Shown here piece after piece: positions 26,201-33,678 of a stretch of 57,335 nucleotides of DNA. Every line of letters starts with the position of its first letter. The stretch's first letter is position 1. The stretch comes from Candidatus Buchananbacteria bacterium RIFCSPHIGHO2_02_FULL_56_16 (GTDB taxonomy: Bacteria > Patescibacteriota > Patescibacteriia > Buchananbacterales > UBA6539), in the NCBI GenBank assembly GCA_001817495.1, contig MHIL01000023.1, positions 1 to 57,335 on the forward strand. Reading direction: 5' to 3'. The position numbers and the translations under genes were made by a program. Under the pieces are notes generated by a model. The model was not told the origin of the DNA. It saw only the letters and a program-made list of their open reading frames with translations, and made no database searches.

Positions 26201-29200
26201 ACGGTCAACGCTGATGACTTTCAATGTAACGGCAGCGATGAAAATATAGTCCCGCCAAATCTTCGAGGGGGCTGCCATGAGTGGGACAAGAATTACGCTA
26301 ACTTTGTCCGATCGCCTGACGCCGTCGGCGGCAACATCATGATCAACGGTATCAGTTCAGTTGGGCTCAACGACCAGTGGCAGCGGTTCTCGGCGGTCCT
26401 CGCCATCAACGATCCCGTGTTCGACGCCGCTAAAAAACTGGAAATTATTTTGTACACTATTACTCAAGGTACCGGCTCGATCCTCTACGATGACATCCAG
26501 CTCGAGGAGGTTACCGGCAGCGTCCGGACTGAAGCGGTGCCGTTCCAAGGCTACACCACGCTGACGGAAACCCACCTGCGCAAGGCGCCGGACTACCTTG
26601 GCTGCCAGGGCTTCAGCCTGGAACGGCCCAGCGACTATGTGCTCAACGGCGTGACCGAAGCCAGCTGTATCGGTGACACTCTGGTTTGGCGGCCGGAGAG
26701 CTGCGTTGGCGGCTTCTGCTGCCGCCAGATAGACCCGCCCGAGTGCGCCGGCTACGCCCCGTACTGCCAGGCCGACGAGATCGGCTGCCAGTCGTTTACG
26801 CCGCTCCAGGGCGGGCTGCCCGTTCCCGGTGTCGCCGCTGCCGACGACTACTGCGGCGCTGAATGCGTGGGCTACGACGCGTTCAAGCAGGCGCCGACCT
26901 ACTTTGAGCGGACCCAGTCCATCGAATTCTTCATCCCCAAGACCGCGGAACAGTGCAGCCTGGCCCAGGCCGGCTGCGACGAGTTCACCAACCTCGACGA
27001 GGCAGGGGCCGGCGGCGAAGATCGCGAGTACTACCAGTACCTGCGCCAGTGCACCAAACCCGGCGCGGCCGGGGTGAGCTGCGGCACCTTCTACAGCTGG
27101 CAGGGTTCGGACGACAGCGGCTATCAGCTCTCAACCTACAGTTTAAAGACCGCCGGTGCCAGCCCCAACGAGGTCATCGAGTACAATCCGGCCAGCCCCG
27201 ACGAGGTCGCCTACCCTGACGCCTGGTGCGACAACAAATCCGACGGTGATGGCGACGGTTCACCAGACTGCTGCGACGCCTCTGAAGACTTAACCCAGAA
27301 CCCGTTCTGCCGGGAATTCTTCGACCGCGACGGAGGCGTTCACTACGTCCTGGAACAAAACACGATCACCTGTTCAGATGATTGCCACCCCTACCGAAAG
27401 ACCCGCCTCGGAGAAACCGATGCCGAAGCCCAGGCGAACTGTTCGGCCTCGAACCCGGCCTACACGGGAGCGGCACTGAATCCCGGCTGGCAGGACAACG
27501 CCTGCGTCTACTACGCCATCCCCGATCAGGGTGTCGCCTGCCCGGCCCAAGCCGCGGGCTGCCGCGAGTACCGCGGCAACGCCGGCGGCAACGTCTTCAC
27601 CGCGTTTTACGACAGCTTTGAAGACGGCGACAGCCTCGGCTGGCAGACCGGTCAGATGAGCAGCCTGGCGCTCTCGGTCGGCGGCCACTCGATCAAGAGC
27701 CAGTCGGGCACGCTCCAGACCATGGCCGCCTCGATGGGCGCGGCAACCTGCGACGCTGCCCTGACGGTCTGCGACGGAGCAACGTATCCCTGCTACCAAG
27801 CGGCGACGAACACCTGCCTCGCCCAAGAGCCAACCGGCCAGACCTGCGAGGTCGCGCTTGGGACGACTGATTGCGGCGTGTTTGATGCCGCTTTCGCGAG
27901 CGGCCGTGACTACCTGCTCACCTTCTGGGCCCGGAGCGAATCGGGCAATACGCCGGTTACCATGCAGCTTACCGACAGCGCTGGGGCGACGACAATTGCC
28001 CAAGTCGCGCTGACCGCGAACTGGCAGTACTACACGTTCGGGCCGATCCGCTACGACTGGCCGCGCGGCACCAAGCTGGTTGCCCGGAACGCGAATAGCA
28101 AGGACTTCTTCTTCGACAACGTTACCTTCAAGGAGATTACCGGCTACGTCTACGCCATTAAAAATTCCTGGCAGACGCCAACGAGCTGCGACACCAACCC
28201 GTTCGTCAGCCCGGCGGTGCCCGCGCCGCAGTTTATGCTCGGCTGCCAGCAGTACCGGGATTCCAGTAACCAAATCCACAACCTCAAGTCGTTTTCCAGC
28301 CTCTGCCGCGAAGACGCGGTCGGCTGCGAAGCGCTGCTCGACACCTTTAACTCGGACGACCCGTTCGCGAGTGAGTTTAACACCGCCGACGCCGCCGGCA
28401 CGGTGACGGTACCCCAGGATCGGGTGGTTACCATGGTCAACAGCGCCGAGTTCCGCTGCGACTCGACCCAGGAAGGCTGCCAGCGCCTCGGCCGGCCCAG
28501 CCTCGACCAGAGCGGCGCGGTGGCCGGCTACACCGATGCGTACGTCTTGAACGATCCGGATCAGTACCCAACCACGCTCTGCGGCAGCGGCGAAGTGGGC
28601 TGCGCCGAGTTTCAGACCAACCATGGCTTCTTCTACTTCAAAGCGCCCGGGCTGCAGACCTGCGAGTACCGGCAGATTCCCAACCAGCCGGGCGGCTTTG
28701 GCTGGTTTAAGATCGGTTCCGCCTCGGCCACGCCGGACTGCCCGATTACCCGCTCGCCTTTGGGTATCGTCCACCCGGCGACCGGCTGGACCGGGCTGTG
28801 TCCGGCCGGCGCGGCCAGCTGCACCGAGTTCATTGATCCGGTGAGTAACAATGCGAAGAACTTGATTTTTAACGTGGACTTTAAGCAGGATCTCGACCTT
28901 AACGGCAAACCCGACGGCTGGAGCAGTTTGCTCAGCGCGCTGGAGCAAACGATCACCCTGACGCGCAACACCCTCTACACCGTGGCGATCAGCTCGAACG
29001 GCACCGCGCTGGACAGTTCCGATCTTGAGGTACAGATTACCGGCTGCCCGGGTATCACTTCACCCGACCACTCAATGGTCAGCGCCGGCACGGACGCGCT
29101 CCAGCTGCCGGTCTCCGACTTCAAGGGCGACCGGCTGCGCCGGCCCGACCTGCCGGATGAACGGCAGTACTCGGCCCGGTTCTTCGTGCCGGCGGCGGGC

Positions 29201-32200
29201 GGCGGCACCTGTACGCTGCGGCTCAACCCGGGCGGCGCCTCCTCAATCACCAGCCTCTTGCAGGCGGTGGCCGTACGCGAGAGCGGGGTGGACTACGTGC
29301 TCGCAAGCGACGTTAACAAGACCGGCTGCAACGGCATCGTCAACGAGCTCAACGGCTGCGTCTTGTTTAACGACCGCAGCGGTGTCAACTACAAGATCGG
29401 AGAGACCGACAACTCGTACCTCCGCTTCGACGCCGACATGAGCCGGCCGGGCGTCAACAGCAGCGTGCCGGTGGCAAACTGCGGCGGCGCCTGCGACAGC
29501 AGCACCATTTTGAAGGTTCGTCCGGACCGAACCTGCGGCCAGTGGCTCGACTGCCAGACCAAGGTTAAGTCGGTTGACGCGAGCGGCAACGAGGTTACCT
29601 ACTGCGTCGAGCTCGCGGCTTGCGATGAATTGAACGAGTCCGGCGAGTGCACGAACTTCATCTTATCCGACCGCCAGAAGGTTAACGGCTCGAATGACAA
29701 CACCACGGTTGAGTTCCTTAACCACGATAAAATTGCCTACCTCTCGGGCTACGCCAAAGCCGGTTCAACCCTTGCCGACGCAACGGGTGCGCAGGGGGTG
29801 ATACCCGGCGCGGCGTTTGATGCCGCTAACACCTTCAACGGCTACTACCCGTTCAACCTGATGAGCCAGTTCGGCGAGGTGGCGAAGGTGCCGAACGGCA
29901 GCTTTGAGGACTACCCCGAGGTCGAGTACCCGGTTGGTTGGGCCTGGCAGAACGGCGACGGCCGGCGCTGGGGCAGCCACCTCTTCCGGGTGATCTCGAG
30001 CGTGGTTGAGGCCCAGGACAACGAGGGCATCACGCTGCAGGGCCGGGCGTCGCTTAAGCTGAATGCAGACAACGTCGTCATTTCTGATCCGATTTCAGTT
30101 TTACCCAATACCGACTATACCTTGAGCGCCAGTATTAATACGTTAAACCTTCAGCCGACTGAAGCCGAGGCGATTGTTGATCTGGTTGACGCTTCGGGTA
30201 ACCAGCTCGCCCCGCCCGTCGAGCTCCGGCTCAAAGCGCGGCTGGACTGGACCAGCCTTTCGGTGATCGTTAACCGTACCGCCATTACCGGTACCGAAGT
30301 CAGGGTTCGCCTCCGCAACTTCCATCCCAATACCGCACTGATTGCCGAGTCTTCCTACTTTGATAACATCCAGATGCTGCCTACCCTCGAGGTTCAGGCG
30401 CTGCCGCCGTACACCGGCGAGAAGAATTACGTCAGCCGCTCCTGCCGCGTCTTCCCCCAGCAGGACTCGCTGGCCTGCAGCTACCGCGATACGGCCGGCG
30501 CCATCCAGCAGGGCTGGTCCGGCTACTGTTTGGAGCCAGACCCCCAGCGGTCCGGCGTCTGCCTCCAGTGGTGGCCGGTTGACCTGATCAAGGGCGACGC
30601 CTTCGGCACCTACATTGGCTACAACGGCCGGCTGCCGCTCTACTACTGCATGGAGACGAGCATGTCCACGACGCGGATAGAGTTCCTTAAAGAAGGAGAT
30701 ATGACGATCAGTGGTGACTATAATGACGTAACACCAGAGATTGATAAGAACAATTTGGATAAAGATAAATGTATTACGTATAAGAAGCCAAATGGCGGAA
30801 AACTTGAATTTCCCGATGGGTCGAGCGTTACGTTAACCGGCGGAAATAGATGCGGGTCCGACTGGGTGGTCGGCGTCTGTAAGTATGAGGGAGAAAAAAC
30901 CGCTGATATTGATATTTTTCATAAGAACCTCATTGACCGGATTAGGGTCTTTAGCCTTGCAGATGATGGTGACGTTGCCCACAGCATGGAGGGCTGGCTT
31001 GGTTACTGCTTTAACATGTCCGTGGAGGGTAAGGTCGAGTTTTTTGATGTTGAAGCAACTCCTAAATTTGGAGGTACGGTGCCAGTTACCGCCAGTCCAA
31101 ACCAAACTTGGCTCGCGGCCACTAACGGCAAGGTTTGCTCATACGGGGGTAAAGCAATTTTTGACAAGGAAGGATTACTGGATCAGATGTGGTTTTGGAT
31201 CGCCGATCAATCTAGTAAGTGCACCCATAACTTCGAGTGGCAAATTGGGGTTGATGTTCATCTGAATCGGAACTATTGTACGCTGCTGGCTCAAACCGTG
31301 ACGCCTGTCGGTGAGAACAAAGCCTGGGTGTCACGGGTGGCAGAAGGCAGCTCGTACGACGACCTCGAGTGCACGGTTAATGGCACGAAGCCGCTCTTCT
31401 CGATTAACGGTGCCTGCGCGCCGGGAGTTGACTGCGTGTTCGTCAATAGCGAAAAGACGTACCGTTGCGATACCGATGCGAACTTTGACGGTGTACCGGA
31501 TGGAGCACGCTGCAGCGTCTGCGAGTACAACACCGACTACGCGCCGTTCGGCGCCGCGGTACCCGAGGATCCCTACAATATTACCAACTCGGACAAGCTC
31601 TACTGGCAATTGCCGGACACGGAAAACTTTGAGCCGCCCTACCAGGCGCGTATGGGCCAGGTGCCCTACACCTATGGCACGGCGCCCAGCGCCTACAGCA
31701 CCTACCTCAAGCGCCTGTTCGCCCAGAGCTTCAGCTTCTGGAAATGGCAAGAGATTGGGGATCTGGTTTGCCTAGGCGGAACTAATGACGGAAAGGTCTG
31801 CACTGATAGCAGCCCGCAATGTCCCCAAGGTTCATGCATTGATCGTGGCACCCTTTGTCAAGGTAATACCTCAACGCGAGGGGCGGAGTGCAACGTGGCA
31901 GCGTGTGGTTTTGATAGCGGTGGTGTGAGTATCCCCTGCATAGAAGTTAATGACCTAAGTGAGTGCGAGGGTAGTGCCTGTGATAAAGTTTTCGCTTGTG
32001 ACTTCAACGCTAACGGCAGTTGGGATGTTGGCACAGATAAGCGCTGTTGTCCCGTGTCTGTTGCCGGTGGTCCGGATCCAACTTGTGAACAGAAGTATAG
32101 CTGTTCAGATGATAGTTTGAATGCGGGGCAAGAGTGTACGTTCAATGCTGATGAGTGTCCGGGTGGCACCTGCGCGCAGCAGCGTCAGGGTTTCCAGCCG

Positions 32201-33133
32201 GACTTAAGAGTCACTTGTCCAGCAGGAATTCTCTGCTTGCAGGTCACAGGAACTGATGAGTTCCGCTGCGGCGGCACTTCCGGCGGCGCGCTTTGCAGCC
32301 CTTTCCGCTGGAGTCCGCCTGACCGGTTGTGTGAGACGCTGACTGGTCTGAATGACAATAGCCGGCCGACAACGTTGAATTTCAGTACCGATGCCGACTA
32401 CTGCGCCATCGCGCCGCTGGTTAAAAACATCCTGATTAACGGCCAGAACGGAACCGCTGCGCCGCTCAAAATTATTAACCAGCGCGGTTCCGGCTCGGCG
32501 ACCCTGCTGTTTAACGCGGTGCTTGACGGCAACCAGCTGCCGCTGACCGCCTACCAGGTTGACTGGGGCGATGGCTCCAAGGTGGCGGTGTCCGGCACCA
32601 ACCTGCGCGACCGCTCGAACACCGTGGCGCCTTACAAGCTGACCCACTCCTACAGCTACTACGAAATTTTATCCCAGAATCAGAGCGGCGACCGGATCTA
32701 CTGTTCGGCCGTGCTTGGCGATGTGCCAGCTGGGGTGCTGCCTAAAGGCTTTTGCTCCGGCGGTCCAACGCCCGGCGCCAGCTGCGAGAATTCGACGCAG
32801 TGTTCGCCGGGCGGCGTCTGTAACCTCACTTGGTGCGCGGTCAAGCCGCGGATTCAGATTCAGGACAACTGGGGCTGGTGCAACGGCAGCATTGATCCGG
32901 GCAGCGGCGTGCTCCTGGGGCCGCAGTGGGGCTATCGCGTCGGCAGCGGAGCGCCCAACTGCAGCAGCGACGGCAGCGGCGTCTGTGCCGGAGGTACCGC
33001 GCCCGGTAGTGCATGTACGACGGTAGCGCCGTGCGCTGGCGGCGGGGTCTGCCAGCTCGATAACGCTGACGCCTGGACGACGTTTGGCGGTGCGAGCGCG
33101 AGCGGCTACGTCATTGTCGGGATCAACGATTAG
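23225..33133 (+). CDS. Giant (3302 aa) Cys-rich extracellular protein with an N-terminal signal-anchor; putative adhesin or pilus-tip protein
   Basis: It is a single uninterrupted ORF with genome-typical codon bias. It has an N-terminal TM segment, several jelly-roll/CBM-like domain starts (NLLPNPGFE, VPNGSFEDY), a PKD-like YQVDWGDGS motif, a recurrent GC-x-(E/Q)-(F/Y) motif and C-terminal C-x-GG-x-PG-x-C knots. Confidence 0.85.
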   Translation: MIHQVHQDKQREANRRSRPVARFILSGCMLLTLALGLVAPAMLYPTPAAAAGIPTFDAANLRAWFSQIGYNFAEQAERLAQQIEKRTAAIAFKSALHLFLNNLAYDSATWLAAGGKGQTPYFHTDSWGAYLTKAADGAAGDFISKLGESWLDGFNVCQPDLPFRINVAQGFQDNFIRRQPDCTASELARDWERFVQRDDFLSQFVKQFNSQQNEVLIGLTLWDKYYQALSFETKTKEQDRIEGQGFQPVTSAISGKILTPASLTKAQADALINNQADAEKISTGDIVADAISTFINTLAGKLFQRLFKEGLASLRDDDDARRSFISRDLYTGESGRDLFTGRQAAEARYVTLVDAGIITGGPYELLQQLATCRDLSNPGPEECVIDQNFRLAIEQEMTVREAIDAGYLDGSAPFGFISPGVAPPYAGDKKGYPYRSLLILRAHRIIPVTWEVAAKIIDEGFTGSDRVVTLNALIAEYDNSDSPFYRLIDQYWVLKAPEAFCKAEGYGPVIISDQVSNDGQRIVTRSQYCADYQSCIEKDSKGKCIYGYCTEEQPTWNLQAESCLPEYSTCQTFVNGGGQTVSYLQNTLNYNSCSADNAGCQWYCQSYNVPSATWACVNAGEQVLKPCAAPSGCPLNAGCSIAEAGTFCTDAVSGANLTISTACSPSTQWWQADLFGTGVGGCQAGASCTVEYQGVQCVQTGCESRQNLLPNPGFETAAPAGTLAAKWGGDPAYFERVSGGQERIHRGRSSVRFYNAGSMAGVTMRSDELTVPRAGAYTVSGYVFDRLNVGSISFSVLVNGGAVADPPVMLTQTAKNRWYQVSFDTPALNANDRIKIVVIVAGEQVSGLAWFDDFSLTESCLVNPVTLTLAGAIAEDESKIHFDRDAKQCSAEADGCSQFYASPTRRISNLLFSVTDPSFELYQDSTTQPGDQDFKNWTAVRAVVKASSDAHSGGAAMQLRDDSGGAETYVSLTFDTGEPLNERMFIVSYYAKTVNADDFQCNGSDENIVPPNLRGGCHEWDKNYANFVRSPDAVGGNIMINGISSVGLNDQWQRFSAVLAINDPVFDAAKKLEIILYTITQGTGSILYDDIQLEEVTGSVRTEAVPFQGYTTLTETHLRKAPDYLGCQGFSLERPSDYVLNGVTEASCIGDTLVWRPESCVGGFCCRQIDPPECAGYAPYCQADEIGCQSFTPLQGGLPVPGVAAADDYCGAECVGYDAFKQAPTYFERTQSIEFFIPKTAEQCSLAQAGCDEFTNLDEAGAGGEDREYYQYLRQCTKPGAAGVSCGTFYSWQGSDDSGYQLSTYSLKTAGASPNEVIEYNPASPDEVAYPDAWCDNKSDGDGDGSPDCCDASEDLTQNPFCREFFDRDGGVHYVLEQNTITCSDDCHPYRKTRLGETDAEAQANCSASNPAYTGAALNPGWQDNACVYYAIPDQGVACPAQAAGCREYRGNAGGNVFTAFYDSFEDGDSLGWQTGQMSSLALSVGGHSIKSQSGTLQTMAASMGAATCDAALTVCDGATYPCYQAATNTCLAQEPTGQTCEVALGTTDCGVFDAAFASGRDYLLTFWARSESGNTPVTMQLTDSAGATTIAQVALTANWQYYTFGPIRYDWPRGTKLVARNANSKDFFFDNVTFKEITGYVYAIKNSWQTPTSCDTNPFVSPAVPAPQFMLGCQQYRDSSNQIHNLKSFSSLCREDAVGCEALLDTFNSDDPFASEFNTADAAGTVTVPQDRVVTMVNSAEFRCDSTQEGCQRLGRPSLDQSGAVAGYTDAYVLNDPDQYPTTLCGSGEVGCAEFQTNHGFFYFKAPGLQTCEYRQIPNQPGGFGWFKIGSASATPDCPITRSPLGIVHPATGWTGLCPAGAASCTEFIDPVSNNAKNLIFNVDFKQDLDLNGKPDGWSSLLSALEQTITLTRNTLYTVAISSNGTALDSSDLEVQITGCPGITSPDHSMVSAGTDALQLPVSDFKGDRLRRPDLPDERQYSARFFVPAAGGGTCTLRLNPGGASSITSLLQAVAVRESGVDYVLASDVNKTGCNGIVNELNGCVLFNDRSGVNYKIGETDNSYLRFDADMSRPGVNSSVPVANCGGACDSSTILKVRPDRTCGQWLDCQTKVKSVDASGNEVTYCVELAACDELNESGECTNFILSDRQKVNGSNDNTTVEFLNHDKIAYLSGYAKAGSTLADATGAQGVIPGAAFDAANTFNGYYPFNLMSQFGEVAKVPNGSFEDYPEVEYPVGWAWQNGDGRRWGSHLFRVISSVVEAQDNEGITLQGRASLKLNADNVVISDPISVLPNTDYTLSASINTLNLQPTEAEAIVDLVDASGNQLAPPVELRLKARLDWTSLSVIVNRTAITGTEVRVRLRNFHPNTALIAESSYFDNIQMLPTLEVQALPPYTGEKNYVSRSCRVFPQQDSLACSYRDTAGAIQQGWSGYCLEPDPQRSGVCLQWWPVDLIKGDAFGTYIGYNGRLPLYYCMETSMSTTRIEFLKEGDMTISGDYNDVTPEIDKNNLDKDKCITYKKPNGGKLEFPDGSSVTLTGGNRCGSDWVVGVCKYEGEKTADIDIFHKNLIDRIRVFSLADDGDVAHSMEGWLGYCFNMSVEGKVEFFDVEATPKFGGTVPVTASPNQTWLAATNGKVCSYGGKAIFDKEGLLDQMWFWIADQSSKCTHNFEWQIGVDVHLNRNYCTLLAQTVTPVGENKAWVSRVAEGSSYDDLECTVNGTKPLFSINGACAPGVDCVFVNSEKTYRCDTDANFDGVPDGARCSVCEYNTDYAPFGAAVPEDPYNITNSDKLYWQLPDTENFEPPYQARMGQVPYTYGTAPSAYSTYLKRLFAQSFSFWKWQEIGDLVCLGGTNDGKVCTDSSPQCPQGSCIDRGTLCQGNTSTRGAECNVAACGFDSGGVSIPCIEVNDLSECEGSACDKVFACDFNANGSWDVGTDKRCCPVSVAGGPDPTCEQKYSCSDDSLNAGQECTFNADECPGGTCAQQRQGFQPDLRVTCPAGILCLQVTGTDEFRCGGTSGGALCSPFRWSPPDRLCETLTGLNDNSRPTTLNFSTDADYCAIAPLVKNILINGQNGTAAPLKIINQRGSGSATLLFNAVLDGNQLPLTAYQVDWGDGSKVAVSGTNLRDRSNTVAPYKLTHSYSYYEILSQNQSGDRIYCSAVLGDVPAGVLPKGFCSGGPTPGASCENSTQCSPGGVCNLTWCAVKPRIQIQDNWGWCNGSIDPGSGVLLGPQWGYRVGSGAPNCSSDGSGVCAGGTAPGSACTTVAPCAGGGVCQLDNADAWTTFGGASASGYVIVGIND

Positions 33134-33155
33134 TACGAGCAAGAAGAATTTCTTA

Positions 33156-33640
33156 AGTACCCCGTTCTTGGGGTAAGAGGGGGAACTAAGGTTAAAATGA
33201 TCGGGCCCGCTACGCCAACGCGTTAGCGTGGCGAGGGAGTTACGAGAATAGGTCAAAGCCGTAACCCCTTCTAACTTCCCCTTAACGTAAGGGGAAGGAT
33301 ACTTGGGCAGCGCTTTATGCTTATTCGCAGCATTTGCCTTGACAAGAAGAACATCGTAAGCACCCCCCTCTTGGGTTAAGAGGGGGAGCTAAGGTGAGAT
33401 TAAGTGGGCCCGCTACGCCAACGCGTTAGCGTGGCGAGGGAGTTACGAGTAATGCTGAAGCCTGCCCGCGCGCGGCGCGCAGGCGGGCCGTAACCCCTTC
33501 CCCGCCTCGACTCGCCTTCGGTAAAGCCACGGCGAGGCGGGTAACTTCCCCTTAACGTAAGGGGAAGGATACCAGGTAAGAGCTTTATGCTTATCTGCCT
33601 GAGCGTTGCACGCAGACAGGTTCGCAGCATTCGCATGAGT
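33156..33640. repeat. Two tandem copies of a structured intergenic module of about 200-280 nt (candidate ncRNA or MITE pair)
   Basis: Copy 1 is about 33156-33348 and copy 2 about 33357-33640. They share identical blocks of 44 nt (33203-33246 = 33407-33450) and 31 nt (taacttccccttaacgtaaggggaaggatac). Copy 2 differs by three inserted hairpins. Confidence 0.75.
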
Positions 33641-33678
33641 TCGCATCATTAGCATCGCGTATTGAAAAAAAGATTACG

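Noticed and set aside
24116-28948. Long antisense ORFs inside the giant gene (24116-25459, 25595-26278 and 27374-28948 on the minus strand, up to 524 aa)
   Set aside because: They lie entirely within the 9.9-kb plus-strand ORF. Their Arg/Ala/Gly/Pro-rich low-complexity translations are typical of shadow ORFs in GC-rich coding DNA, and they have no recognisable motifs.
32669-33655. Minus-strand ORFs 32669-33256, 33400-33636 and 33443-33655 in the spacer after the giant gene
   Set aside because: They run through the duplicated hairpin module, and the shared SLATLTRWRSGP peptide simply reflects the repeated DNA. They have no start context or coding-like codon bias, so an RNA or repeat element explains them better.
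32500-33678. Diversity-generating retroelement (variable repeat at the giant gene's 3' end plus template repeat in the downstream spacer)
   Set aside because: No reverse transcriptase gene is in the window. The duplicated spacer modules show no similarity to the 3' end of the giant gene, and the two copies differ by hairpin insertions rather than adenine-specific substitutions.
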